A stretch of 64,000 nucleotides of DNA from assembly GCA_963836755.1 (NCBI GenBank), contig CAWIKF010000002.1:192001-256000 (forward strand), written 5' to 3'. Origin of the DNA: an uncultured Verrucomicrobiae bacterium. Its GTDB lineage: Bacteria > Verrucomicrobiota > Verrucomicrobiia > Chthoniobacterales > Chthoniobacteraceae. Shown one piece after another: positions 27,774-37,858 of this stretch (the stretch's first letter is position 1; every line of letters starts with the position of its first letter). The notes beneath the pieces are model-generated. The model did not search any database. It had not been told where the DNA came from and saw only the letters and a program-made list of their open reading frames with translations. The translations under genes and the position numbers were made by a program.

Positions 27774-29669
27774 TTAAGTTTCCGGCGCTTCGGGCAATTC
27801 TTTGGTTGCCGGCGCTTCGGGCAAAACTTTTTTCACCAAGCGGCTGACGCCGTCCTGCGCAAACTCGCTCGCGGGATAGAGTTTTTGCGCTTTTAAATAC
27901 CACGCGAGACTTGAGCCGACCTGATCTTTTTCCTCGAGCTGCTCCGCAGTCCGCAGCGTGTGGACAAAGTCGGCGGCCTCGGTCGTGAGGTTCGCGCGGA
28001 GCTGGTTGAGTTTGCTGTCGTCGGGATATTGCTTGAAGGTTTTCTCCAGCGTTTCCCACGCGCCGGCATAGTCGCCGTGCTTCTCGATCTCGCCGGCTTG
28101 GATGATCGCGGTCTCGATGATCTGCATTTGATCGAGCACTTTTTTGAGCTGCTCCTGGCGTTGCGGATACATCGCGGACGCGGCGATGAAGCGAAGTTTG
28201 TCGTCGTAAATTTGCCGGTAATTGTGCTGGCTGAGGAGCTGGTCAAAATCGACAAGCGCCTTTTGCTGCACGTCGCCTTGCGAAAAAATCGCGCCGGAGA
28301 CTTCGGCGAGCGCGGGATTGCGCGGCCAAAGTTCCGTCGCTTCCTTCAACTCATTTTCGAGCGTAACTTTGTCGCCACTCACCGCGGCGTTGCGCGCTTT
28401 CGCGAGATGCATCGCACTGACGGTGCGCGCGGTTTCGATCGCAGCCATCGGCTTCGACGTGTCGAAATCCTTCGCAGTCGCGCTCATCTCCTTGACCAGT
28501 TTTTCCGCGAGCCCGTAATCCTTGACCTCGATCGCGGAAATGAGCTGGTAACTTTTTTGCGAAAAATCGAGCACCTTGCGCTTTTGCTCGCGCGGCAAAG
28601 TTCGGATCTCCGGCATGAACTCACCGATGCTGAATGCCTCGGCGAGCCGCTTCGATGCGCTTTCCAACTCATTTTGCTGCAGCAAAAACTGAAACGCCTG
28701 CACGCCCTCGCGCACGTCGCGAATCGCTTCGTTAGCGAGCGCGTCCATCGTGCCGACGGTCGGCGGCATGCCGGTGCTCTTGGAGAAAACGTCTTTCGTG
28801 TCCTTGCCGACTTCCAGCGTCGTGTTGTCATTGTTGAACACGGCGCGATAAAAGCGCGTGCCGATGAGGACGTGCTGGAAACGGCGCTGCAAAAACAACT
28901 GCACGAGCAGCGCCTGGAATTCGATTTTTGCCTGCAGCTGCGACAATTCTTTCTTGGCTTGGTTCGTCTTGATCGTCGCCAAAATTTCTGCAAGTCGCGT
29001 GACGTAGGGCTGCATCTCCATGTCGCGACGGTTCTGCTGTTCCTTTGCCCATTGCTGAGCCTCCACGGCGTTTTTCGTGGAAGGCGCGCCTTCGAGTCTG
29101 CTGGATTGGGCGGAAAGTTTCGCGTTCCACTCCGCATGTTTGCGCTCCTGCTCCAGCGCATCGTTCGCCGTCGCGAGGCGATTGCTCGCGTCCTGCGCGC
29201 GCCACGCGCTGTAAACTGCGTCGGCGAGGCTGTCGCAAAGCCGCGCGTCGATTTCAAAACTCGATGCGCGCGGCAGCAGACGAAACGCGTCGTCGACATT
29301 TTTCGTCGACATATTTTCCGGCGCAAGCTTGTCGAGGATCGTGCGAAGGATCAGTTGGTATTGCTGATCCTGCTGCGTCGCTTCCTCGGGCGCGTTGAGA
29401 TATTTCTCAAACCGCGCCTCGAAAATCCGGTTGTTGTTAATGTTCCAGCTGTGGCCGTCCCACGAAACCATTTCGCTGCCGGGATCAAACATTGGCGCGT
29501 CGCCGCCGAGGAATTTTCCTTGGTTATTCGATGAGGCCGCGGGCTGTCTGGCTGGTGCTGATGCAGGCGCGGCTGCGGGTGCGGGTGCGGGTGCGGGCGC
29601 GTCGGGAACTTGAGCGCGCAGCAAACAACTGGCCAATGTCACACAAACGGTGAGAGCAACTTTTCTCAT
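27774..29669 (-). CDS. Large exported alpha-helical/TPR-like hypothetical protein
   Basis: Signal MRKVALTVCVTLASCLLRA, AP linker from (GCGGGT)n, TPR-like C-terminus; ATGA-coupled to upstream gene. Confidence 0.75.
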   Translation of the reverse strand: MRKVALTVCVTLASCLLRAQVPDAPAPAPAPAAAPASAPARQPAASSNNQGKFLGGDAPMFDPGSEMVSWDGHSWNINNNRIFEARFEKYLNAPEEATQQDQQYQLILRTILDKLAPENMSTKNVDDAFRLLPRASSFEIDARLCDSLADAVYSAWRAQDASNRLATANDALEQERKHAEWNAKLSAQSSRLEGAPSTKNAVEAQQWAKEQQNRRDMEMQPYVTRLAEILATIKTNQAKKELSQLQAKIEFQALLVQLFLQRRFQHVLIGTRFYRAVFNNDNTTLEVGKDTKDVFSKSTGMPPTVGTMDALANEAIRDVREGVQAFQFLLQQNELESASKRLAEAFSIGEFMPEIRTLPREQKRKVLDFSQKSYQLISAIEVKDYGLAEKLVKEMSATAKDFDTSKPMAAIETARTVSAMHLAKARNAAVSGDKVTLENELKEATELWPRNPALAEVSGAIFSQGDVQQKALVDFDQLLSQHNYRQIYDDKLRFIAASAMYPQRQEQLKKVLDQMQIIETAIIQAGEIEKHGDYAGAWETLEKTFKQYPDDSKLNQLRANLTTEAADFVHTLRTAEQLEEKDQVGSSLAWYLKAQKLYPASEFAQDGVSRLVKKVLPEAPATKELPEAPET

Positions 29670-30058
29670 ATTTTGTGAATGTCCTCCGCGCGGAGGACAC
29701 CTTTGTCGCCGACTTCGATCTTCAAAAGATAACGCTGACCTTTCTGAATGTTCATCGCATTGAATGTAGCTGGAATCAAGACGGGCAGGACATCGGAGCC
29801 GGTATCGACCGAGTAAAGACGACCCTCCTGCGGCGACCACGCGAGCTGCGTATCGACGGTCGCGGTAATTTTGTAAACATTGCCGCGCAGGCTGTTCGCG
29901 CTTTCCAAATACGCGGGCACGTCGAGCGGCGTCAACGTGCGAAACGGATCGCTGACCTCGCGATAAAGGAAGTAGCCTCCCGCGAGCGCGCCACACAGCA
30001 GCACGAAGGCGACGAGGATGAGTGCTGGGTGGAGAGATGAACTTGCGCGGCGGGCCAT
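29666..30058 (-). CDS. Membrane-anchored hypothetical beta-rich protein
   Basis: N-terminal TM followed by beta-strand pattern. Confidence 0.7.
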   Translation of the reverse strand: MARRASSSLHPALILVAFVLLCGALAGGYFLYREVSDPFRTLTPLDVPAYLESANSLRGNVYKITATVDTQLAWSPQEGRLYSVDTGSDVLPVLIPATFNAMNIQKGQRYLLKIEVGDKGVLRAEDIHKI

Positions 30059-30113
30059 TCGCTAGGACAAGCTAATTTTCAAGGGCCGCTTTTGCAATTT
30101 GCAAATGCGGCCG

Positions 30114-31895
30114 CTATTCCCACTGGCTGCGCTTGCAGCCGAGATACGCGAGCAGCAGCCCCGCGGCGACGTGCGACGCGAGCACCCAGCCGCAAAGCGA
30201 GAGCGCCGAGAGTTCCGTCTGCGAAACACTGTGCACAATGTCGTAAAACCTTGTGTCGCGCATCGTTTTGAGATAGCCCGACCATCCCCAATACGCCGCG
30301 ATGAACGGCTGCGTGAGCCAGCCGATCACGCGCGGCAGCGCCAGCACCGCACCGGAAAGCGGCAGCTGAAACCCGACCAGATACACGCTCACGAGCGACG
30401 CGTGCTCGGCAGTTTTCATGATGCTGGAAATGCCGAGACAGACCGCTGTCATCGCCGCATTCACGAGCAGCAGCACGCCGGCCTGCGTCGGCAGATCGCC
30501 CGGAAACCGGCAAATGGTGCTGACAAAAACCGTCATCCAAATGGACTGCGCCGCGACGAGCACTGTGAGGAAAACCGCTTTGCTCGCGACGTAGCTCGAC
30601 GCGCGGACGCCGGCAAACTTTTCCTTTTCGAAAATCGCGCGCTCGCCGGCGATCTCGCGCGCGGCGTTGTTCGACCCGATGAGGGTGAGCAGGATGACCT
30701 GGAACATCACGAGGCCCGAGACGAGGCTGCCGACGCGCGACGATTGCAGCGCGAATGAGGCACTCTCGAGCAGCTGCTGCACGGCATTGCCGGTGCCCGT
30801 GAGATTTTGAATCTGCGGCAAACCATCCCACGCAAAAATCACCACGAGGCACGGGAAACCGAAAAGCAGCGCGAGCTGCAACGCAAGCTGCGCGCGGTCG
30901 CGCAAAAAAATCCGCCAGCGCCGCCCGAGCAAAGTAGCGAACTGGTCGAGCACCGTCGGCCGCTGAAAATCATCCGCCATATTTTCCGGCTCGCGCACGA
31001 CGACGGCCGCGGGCATCGACGTCGGCGCGGCGCCCGGATCGGCCTCCGCAGGCGTGACCTCCTGCTCTTCATCGCGCAGGCTCGCTTCGTAACTGACGCG
31101 ATGTTTTTGCCACGACGCATGCCACTGCGCGGCCGAGCGGCGGCTCAGGCTCGAGAACAAACCGTCCGCATTTTCAAGGCTGAAATAATGGAGCATCAAT
31201 TCGGGCGGGCCGTGAAAAATCAGACGTCCTTCAAATAGCACCGCGACGCTATCGTGCAGATCGAGATGCCGCAGACTGTGCGTGACGGAGAGGACGACGC
31301 GCGAAGTTTGACGCCGACCGCTGTCGGTTGATTCCAGCGGGTGTGCGAGCTTTTGCAAAAGCCGCACAATCTCGTCCTCAGCCTTCGGATCGAGGCCGCT
31401 CGTGACTTCATCGCAAAGCAGCAGCAGCGGCGAGCTCACCATTTCGAGCGCGAGCGAAAGGCGCCGCTTTTGTCCGCCGGAAAGGACGCGCACGCGACGC
31501 TCCGCGATCTCCGGGAGGCCAACCGCGTCGATGATTTCATCCGCGCGCTCGATTCGTTCCTCGTCGCTCATTCCGCCCACGCGCAGCCGCAGCGCGGTCT
31601 CGATGCTCTCGGCCACAGTGAGCAAATCAAAGGCGATGCTGAACTGCGGCACGTAGCCGATTTCGTGCGGCGCGAGATCTTCCTCCTCGAGATTGCGGCC
31701 TTCCCAATGCACCGAGCCTTCATCCGCCACACGCACACCCGCGATCAATTTTAACAGCGTGCTTTTGCCGCAGCCCGACGGACCGACGACGGCGCAGAGA
31801 TGGCCTTGCGGAAAGCGCGCCGAGACCTCGCGCAGCAGCCACGATTCCTCCGCGCCGCGGTGCGTCGCGAGCGAAACATTTAGCAGCTCAAGCAT
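30114..31895 (-). CDS. ABC transporter, fused ATPase plus ABC-2 permease (ABCG-like)
   Basis: GPSGCGKST, LSGGQKRR, LLCDE, SVTH; C-terminal TM domain with REIAGERAIFEKE. Confidence 0.9.
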   Translation of the reverse strand: MLELLNVSLATHRGAEESWLLREVSARFPQGHLCAVVGPSGCGKSTLLKLIAGVRVADEGSVHWEGRNLEEEDLAPHEIGYVPQFSIAFDLLTVAESIETALRLRVGGMSDEERIERADEIIDAVGLPEIAERRVRVLSGGQKRRLSLALEMVSSPLLLLCDEVTSGLDPKAEDEIVRLLQKLAHPLESTDSGRRQTSRVVLSVTHSLRHLDLHDSVAVLFEGRLIFHGPPELMLHYFSLENADGLFSSLSRRSAAQWHASWQKHRVSYEASLRDEEQEVTPAEADPGAAPTSMPAAVVVREPENMADDFQRPTVLDQFATLLGRRWRIFLRDRAQLALQLALLFGFPCLVVIFAWDGLPQIQNLTGTGNAVQQLLESASFALQSSRVGSLVSGLVMFQVILLTLIGSNNAAREIAGERAIFEKEKFAGVRASSYVASKAVFLTVLVAAQSIWMTVFVSTICRFPGDLPTQAGVLLLVNAAMTAVCLGISSIMKTAEHASLVSVYLVGFQLPLSGAVLALPRVIGWLTQPFIAAYWGWSGYLKTMRDTRFYDIVHSVSQTELSALSLCGWVLASHVAAGLLLAYLGCKRSQWE

Positions 31896-31937
31896 GGAGT
31901 TGGATTGTGTGCGCGATGCGCTAGGGTTGCAAACCGG

Positions 31938-33266
31938 ATGCGAAATTTCTCCCGAACCATCACGTGGACCTTCGTCGGTTTGTTCGTGTTGCTCATCGCC
32001 GCCGTGATGGCCGCGCGCATCGGTTTCAACATGTATTTAAACAGCGACGGCTTTCGGCAAAAGATCGCCGCGGCGACTGGCCACGCGTTGAAAGCCGACG
32101 GTCAGTTCATGCCGCTGCATCTCACCGGCGAGACGATTTACACCGACGGGTTCGACGCGCGCGGCACCGACGCAGCATTTTTTTCCGAGCTGCGCGCCGA
32201 TCAAGTGCGCGCCGACTTTAACTGGCACGGCCTGCTCCACCACGCGTGGCAGATCGACCAAATCGAAATCCAGCGCCTCGAAGTCAAAGTCGCCGATCGC
32301 GCGCCGGCACAGCATCCGCGCGAGTCGGGCGAAAAAATCACGCAGCCGGTGAGCAGCGGCTGGAAGCTCGATTTGCGCCAGGCGAATGTGCGCGATTCGC
32401 GTTGGAGCTGGGGCGGCGCGAACATGCTCGCCGGCGAAGTGACTGGCGCCGCGCTGAAATTGACGCCGAGCGGCGACGCTTGGTTCATCGATGTCGACGG
32501 CGGGAAAATCGCGCAGTCCGGCTGGCCTGAATTGCAGGTCGAATCAGCGCGACTCCGGTATCAGCCGCCATCGCTTTACGTTACGCAAAGCACGTTGCAC
32601 AGCGGCGGCGGCAGCGCATCGGTGAGCGGCGAAATCGACTTTGGCCAGAGCGCCGATCTGCAGTTGCACGCGGAAGGTTTGAATGTTTCGCCGCTGCTCG
32701 CCGCGGACTGGCGCGCGCGTCTCACAGGAAAAATTTTCGCCGATGCAAAAGTTCACGCGCCGCTCGGCGACGCTGATTCCACGGGCCTTTCCGTCGAAGG
32801 CAGCGCGCGGCTGGCGGACGCGCAACTGACTGCGCTGCCGGTGCTCGACGAGATCGCGACTTTCACGCGCACGCAACGTTTTCGCCAACTCGCACTGAGC
32901 AAGGCGTCGCTCGATTTCTCGCGCAGCGCGACCACATTTTCCGCGAGAAACGTGGTCGCCGAAAGTGAAGGTTTGCTGCGCGTGGAGGGCGCATTCACGG
33001 TCACTGGCGGCCAGCTCGACGGCACATTTCAAGTCGGCGTGACGCCCGCGTCGTTGCAATGGCTGCCCGGTTCGCAGGAGCGCGTTTTCACCGTTTCGCG
33101 CGACGGATATTTATGGACGCCGATGCGGCTGAGCGGCCCGGTGGATCATCCCGACGAGGATCTGACGCCGCGCCTGGCGGCAGCCGCCGCGGGCGCGGTG
33201 ATCAAAGACGTGCAAGGCACCGTGCACGACGCGGCAAAAGGCGTGCTCGACCTACTCCTGCACTAA
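31938..33266 (+). CDS. AsmA-like envelope protein
   Basis: N-terminal TM, long beta-rich body, PMRLSGPVDHP C-terminal motif. Confidence 0.6.
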   Translation: MRNFSRTITWTFVGLFVLLIAAVMAARIGFNMYLNSDGFRQKIAAATGHALKADGQFMPLHLTGETIYTDGFDARGTDAAFFSELRADQVRADFNWHGLLHHAWQIDQIEIQRLEVKVADRAPAQHPRESGEKITQPVSSGWKLDLRQANVRDSRWSWGGANMLAGEVTGAALKLTPSGDAWFIDVDGGKIAQSGWPELQVESARLRYQPPSLYVTQSTLHSGGGSASVSGEIDFGQSADLQLHAEGLNVSPLLAADWRARLTGKIFADAKVHAPLGDADSTGLSVEGSARLADAQLTALPVLDEIATFTRTQRFRQLALSKASLDFSRSATTFSARNVVAESEGLLRVEGAFTVTGGQLDGTFQVGVTPASLQWLPGSQERVFTVSRDGYLWTPMRLSGPVDHPDEDLTPRLAAAAAGAVIKDVQGTVHDAAKGVLDLLLH

Positions 33267-33766
33267 GGTTTGACCGTCGTGCTGATGCCGAGCCGGAACG
33301 CTTTTTCCGCGCTCGTGAAAATCTTGTCGATCTGGTCCTTGCTCTCGACCCGGTATTCGATCGTTTTCGCGTGCGTCGTCGTCGGATAACTTTTCACGAC
33401 CTTTTGCCAGACATTATCCTGATCCACGCGTCCGGCCGCTTCCTTCGCGAGGTCCTGGAGTTTGTTGATCGTTGATTGCCCGATGCCGAGCGGCGAGTTC
33501 GGCGTGAGCGGCTCGATGTAGTAAAAGCGGACCGCAAATGTGCCGGACGTGTCGACATTGACCTCAGTCACGCGCGCTGCGCCATCGACGACATAATCCT
33601 GCGTGCTCACCGACACGATCGACCGCACCGCGGCCTCGTAGATTCCGCCCGGCAATTCGCAACGCCATATCGGCAGCCGCGACGGAGCAGCCGTCGGCGA
33701 TGGAGTGGGCGTCTGCGCGATGGCGACGGCGATGAGGGTAAAAAAAAGCAGCGATGCGAGTTTCAT
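33263..33766 (-). CDS. Hypothetical exported protein
   Basis: Signal MKLASLLFFTLIAVAIA; ATGA-coupled to TPR gene. Confidence 0.7.
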   Translation of the reverse strand: MKLASLLFFTLIAVAIAQTPTPSPTAAPSRLPIWRCELPGGIYEAAVRSIVSVSTQDYVVDGAARVTEVNVDTSGTFAVRFYYIEPLTPNSPLGIGQSTINKLQDLAKEAAGRVDQDNVWQKVVKSYPTTTHAKTIEYRVESKDQIDKIFTSAEKAFRLGISTTVKP

Positions 33767-34098
33767 GATGTTTTGATTTTGCCGCCCCACGAAAGGATTC
33801 TCGCCTTTGTGCCGGCGGCTTCCGCTTCCGGAATCTGACCATTGCGATTGTAAAACAAAGACAAACTCGTCCAGCCGATTTGGTCGTTCGGCTGCAACGC
33901 CACCGCTTTTTTCCCGGCGTCGATCGCTTCGGGAAAACGGCCGAGCTTCATCAACGCCATGCCGAGCGCGTGCCAGCCGTCGAAAAACTCCGCATCGATC
34001 TCGACGCAGCGCCGATATTTTTCCACCGCCGATTCCAATTCGCCGAGCGCAAGGTCGCCATTGGCCTCGTCGAAAAGTTCCTCGGCCAATTCGCTCAT
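33763..34098 (-). CDS. Small TPR protein
   Basis: WHALGMALMKLGRFPEAI..AVALQPND. Confidence 0.85.
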   Translation of the reverse strand: MSELAEELFDEANGDLALGELESAVEKYRRCVEIDAEFFDGWHALGMALMKLGRFPEAIDAGKKAVALQPNDQIGWTSLSLFYNRNGQIPEAEAAGTKARILSWGGKIKTS

Positions 34099-34111
34099 CG
34101 TTAAATCTCCG

Positions 34112-35611
34112 CTAGCGCTTTGCAATTTCCAGTTTCGCGGCTTCGCGCCGCACGCGCAACCATTCGAGAAACGCCGTTTCGGATTTTTGCGCGGCAAAAA
34201 CAGGTTCCATCATCGGCTCATCCTTCGCAAATTGCGCGGGATCGACCGGCAGCCGGCTCTTCAAATAAACCAGCATTCCGCCCGCGTCCGTCGGGACGAA
34301 TTCGCTGAGCTGATTTTCGCCGAGCTCGACGGCTTTTTCCATGATCGCCTGCTGATCCGCAGTGTCGGCCGCGGCGGGCTCGGCGAGCGAGAAAGGAGGA
34401 ATGGCCTCGACCTTCTGACCTGCCGCCAAAGCCGCATCGGCAAAGGGTTTGCCGGCTTTGAGCGTGGCTTCGATTTGGTTACGAACCGACGTGGCCTTCA
34501 ACTGCATCGCTTCGTGCGCGCGCTCCATTTTGACTTGCTCGATGACCTTCGGCCGCGCCTCGTCAAAAGTCAGGCGACGCGCGGGAATAACGTCGAGAAG
34601 ACGCATCACGTAAAATCCATTTTCGCCCTGAATGACGTCGCTGTCCGGGTCAGTCATGGCGAGTTGAAATGCGGCTGCGGAAAGTGCGGGAACTGCCGCC
34701 ATGCGCGGGTCGGGATTTTGTTGCGAAAAGAGCGCGCTGGTCGTGACGGGCGCGGAAAACTTTGACGCGATGGCGTCAAACTTCGCACCTTTTTCCAGGA
34801 GCGCCTGCGTGAAATCGTTGGCGTGATTGGCGAGTTTTTCGAGCGCGGCGTTGCGATCTTTGCCGGTGAGTTTTTTGTCCGCGTCGCTTAATTCAAAGCT
34901 CGCGTATTCCACTTTGCGCTGCTCGTCGGATCTGAATTGATCCTTGCGCTGATCGAAAGCCTTCTTCGCGTCGTCGTCGGAAATTTGGATGCCAGCGACG
35001 AAGTCGGCTGTGTTAAAACGGATGACGGCGGCTTCCATTTTTTGATGCTCAAGATCGTAAGCGGAGCGGAATTCCGCAGGCGTCGGGACAACTCCGGAGG
35101 CGATGAGCGCCTTTACTTTTTTCAAGCGCAAATCGTCGCGCACGAGGTCGTCGATGACGGTGTCGGTGAAGCCGCGCGGCGTGAGTGCGCGCTGGACGAG
35201 CATCGCGAGTTTCGTGGAATCAAACTGCCCCTCGGTTTGCAGCGGACGCAGGGTGAGGATCGCGGCTTTGACTTCGTCGTCGCTGACAGTGATTTGCAGG
35301 CGGTCCGCTTCGTGGCGCAGCACCATCAGATTCCAGACGAAATTATCGACGGCGCGGGCGCGGTCGTAGCCGGCGAGATCCTGGACGAGGTCGATGAGGC
35401 CGAGCTCAAGAGCGACGTAAAATTTTCGCCCATCGCGTTGCGCATCAGTGTCGGAAACATTATGGCCGTAGATCGTTGCGACGGTGTCCGAACCGGTGCG
35501 CTGGAGGCGACCGGATTGGGTGCCATTCCAGAACCAGACGAAGGTGATGATGATGAAAACGGTGACGATGACCATCAGCGTTTGCTGATGTTTACGGAGA
35601 AGATTTACCAT
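34112..35611 (-). CDS. PpiD/SurA-N-like membrane-anchored chaperone
   Basis: N-terminal TM, VATIYG, VSDDEV, GQFD, GFYVMRL..LTFDEARPKV. Confidence 0.75.
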   Translation of the reverse strand: MVNLLRKHQQTLMVIVTVFIIITFVWFWNGTQSGRLQRTGSDTVATIYGHNVSDTDAQRDGRKFYVALELGLIDLVQDLAGYDRARAVDNFVWNLMVLRHEADRLQITVSDDEVKAAILTLRPLQTEGQFDSTKLAMLVQRALTPRGFTDTVIDDLVRDDLRLKKVKALIASGVVPTPAEFRSAYDLEHQKMEAAVIRFNTADFVAGIQISDDDAKKAFDQRKDQFRSDEQRKVEYASFELSDADKKLTGKDRNAALEKLANHANDFTQALLEKGAKFDAIASKFSAPVTTSALFSQQNPDPRMAAVPALSAAAFQLAMTDPDSDVIQGENGFYVMRLLDVIPARRLTFDEARPKVIEQVKMERAHEAMQLKATSVRNQIEATLKAGKPFADAALAAGQKVEAIPPFSLAEPAAADTADQQAIMEKAVELGENQLSEFVPTDAGGMLVYLKSRLPVDPAQFAKDEPMMEPVFAAQKSETAFLEWLRVRREAAKLEIAKR

Positions 35612-35686
35612 TGGTCGGCGGCCTGAAAATACGAGGGATTATGGGTTGCGTCGGAGCGGCATGTTGCGGTAATTTGTCGCTCTTCG

Positions 35687-36439
35687 ATGAAGCTAAGACG
35701 TTGGTTTCCCCTCCAGCAACTCCTTTTTGCAGCGCTTGTCTGCATCGCAATCGCGGCGCGCGCGCAGGACACGCTGACGCTGCGCGACGGGCGCACGCAG
35801 GTGACGAAAATCCTCGGCGTGTCGGCATCGGGCGTGCAGATTCAGCTCGGCGCCGCGGGAACGATCACGATCCCGATGGCGAACATCGCGAAAGTCACGA
35901 TGGCGCCGCCGGCGAATTTTACGTCCGGCATGACTGCCTACGCCGCGGGCGACCTTCCGACGGCGCTCTCGGACATCAAGGCAGTGGTCGATAAATTCAA
36001 GGGCTTGCCGACGGATTGGGCGCAGCAGGCGACCGCGGCTCTCGGCGATATTTATGTCGCGCAGAACAAATTTTCGGAAGCGGAGGCGGCTTACAAAGAT
36101 TTCGAAAAATGGTATGCCGCGTCCGGTTCGCAACAGGCTGAGGTCGGCATGGCGCGTGTCGATTTTTCCAAAAAAGCTTACGCGGATGCGACGAAAAAAC
36201 TCGAGCCAATCCTCGCGCAGGCGTTGAAAGTAAAAGTCGCGCCGAAAGAGACGGCTGCGACCTACAGCCAGGCATTTTACTTATCCGGCCAGCTCAAGGA
36301 AGCGAGTGGCGATTTTAGTGGCGCCCTCGAGGATTATTTGCGAACTGTTGCGCTGTTTCCACAGGACCGCATCGCACTGGCAAACGCACAGGAACGTGCC
36401 GACGCGGTGCGGAAGGAACACGGTGTAGCCGCCCCCTGA
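35687..36439 (+). CDS. Exported TPR protein (CpoB/BamD-like)
   Basis: Signal peptide, DTLTLRDG beta domain, TPR helices. Confidence 0.75.
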   Translation: MKLRRWFPLQQLLFAALVCIAIAARAQDTLTLRDGRTQVTKILGVSASGVQIQLGAAGTITIPMANIAKVTMAPPANFTSGMTAYAAGDLPTALSDIKAVVDKFKGLPTDWAQQATAALGDIYVAQNKFSEAEAAYKDFEKWYAASGSQQAEVGMARVDFSKKAYADATKKLEPILAQALKVKVAPKETAATYSQAFYLSGQLKEASGDFSGALEDYLRTVALFPQDRIALANAQERADAVRKEHGVAAP

Positions 36440-36457
36440 TTTTTTTAAAACCAATTC

Positions 36458-37345
36458 ATGAAAACCCTCAGAAATTCCATCCTCCTCTTCGTCGCGCTGC
36501 CCGTTGGCAGCGTTTTTGCGCAGCAGCCGGCGGCACATAACGAATCGATTTTGCAAACGATCAAATCCGGCGGTCCGCTTGGGATCCTGATCTGGTGCGC
36601 CATTCTCGGCGCGTCGATCACGATGGTGACCTTCATCATCCAGAATATTCTTTCGCTGCGGAACGAAAAGCTGGCGCCGACTCCGCTTGTCCAGGCTTTG
36701 GAAAATGAAATCACCGCGGGAAACTATCAAGGCGCATGGGAGACCGCGAAGTCGAACAACAATTATCTTTCGAACGTCCTCCGCTCCGGCCTCGAACGTC
36801 TTGGCCGCGGAAAAGAAGCGGTCGAGGATGCCGTTGCGGAACTTTCGCTGCGTGAAGCAACCAATATCCGCACGCGCAACAGCTACCTTTCCGTAATCGG
36901 CGTCGTCTCGCCAATGATCGGATTGCTCGGGACCGTCATCGGCATGATGAAAGCATTCGCAGTGCTCGGTTCCAGCGGCATCGCCGATCCGCGCGGCCTC
37001 GCGTCGAGCATCGGTGAAGTGCTCATGGCGACGGCGAGCGGTTTGTTCATCGCCATCCCGGCATTCATTTCCTACTACATTTTCCGCAACCGCGCGCAGC
37101 AGGTCATCGTCTATGCCGACGATCAAATTAACCGGCTGATCGCCGACATTCCCTACGAGGAATTGGCCGGTGTGCGCATCGGTGAAAACTTTGATCCCGG
37201 TGCTGGTGCGCTTGTTTCCAGCGCTACGCAATCACGAAAAGTTTCCATGGCGCTGACGACGAACTGCCCGGTCTGCAATGGCGCCGTCACTCCCGGTCAA
37301 AATCCGTGTCCGCATTGCGGCTCGACGCTGGACTGGGCGCAGTAG
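36458..37345 (+). CDS. MotA/TolQ/ExbB proton channel protein with C-terminal Zn ribbon
   Basis: SPMIGLLGTVIGMMKAF, LMATASGLFIAIPA; CPVC..CPHC tail. Confidence 0.92.
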   Translation: MKTLRNSILLFVALPVGSVFAQQPAAHNESILQTIKSGGPLGILIWCAILGASITMVTFIIQNILSLRNEKLAPTPLVQALENEITAGNYQGAWETAKSNNNYLSNVLRSGLERLGRGKEAVEDAVAELSLREATNIRTRNSYLSVIGVVSPMIGLLGTVIGMMKAFAVLGSSGIADPRGLASSIGEVLMATASGLFIAIPAFISYYIFRNRAQQVIVYADDQINRLIADIPYEELAGVRIGENFDPGAGALVSSATQSRKVSMALTTNCPVCNGAVTPGQNPCPHCGSTLDWAQ

Positions 37346-37360
37346 AAAGATTCCGCGTCG

Positions 37361-37837
37361 ATGCACAAGCTGACGCAAACGGAAAGACGGGAGAAGGAGC
37401 GCAAAAATCCTCCGGAGGAAGATCCGGAGTTTCAGATCGCTCCGATGATCGACATTCTGCTCGTGCTGCTCGTCTTTTTCATGTCGATCAGCTCGACGGA
37501 AGTATTGCAGTCAAACCACGAGATCCAGCTTCCCGTCGCGAACGATGCGAAGAGCGCCTCAAAAAACAATCCGGGGCAGGTCATCATCAACGTCACGTGG
37601 CTTAATCTAAGCAACGTCGGCACCATCGAGGTCAATGACACTCGCTACCCCGATGCAACAACGATCGTGCCGATTTTGCAAAAATCCATCAAAGCGAACC
37701 CGCTCGCGCGCGTGCTCATCCGCGCGGACAAGGATGTCCGTTACGCATTTCTCCGCGACCTCATGAAGTCGATCGGCGACGCGGGCGTGACCAACGTCAC
37801 GTTCTCGGTCGTCGATAAAGAAGCCCCACCAAAATGA
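37361..37837 (+). CDS. ExbD/TolR family protein
   Basis: IAPMIDILLVLLVFFM, VLIRADK. Confidence 0.92.
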   Translation: MHKLTQTERREKERKNPPEEDPEFQIAPMIDILLVLLVFFMSISSTEVLQSNHEIQLPVANDAKSASKNNPGQVIINVTWLNLSNVGTIEVNDTRYPDATTIVPILQKSIKANPLARVLIRADKDVRYAFLRDLMKSIGDAGVTNVTFSVVDKEAPPK

Positions 37838-37858
37838 AACAAACCCACCTCAAATAAT

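Noticed and set aside
27782..27824. CCGGCGCTTCGGGCAA twice, 27 nt apart, as CRISPR or REP
   Set aside because: Only two copies, in-frame (LPEAP repeat at the protein C-terminus); no cas genes
27960..29534. 524-aa plus-strand ORF
   Set aside because: Antisense shadow of the exported protein gene; no motifs
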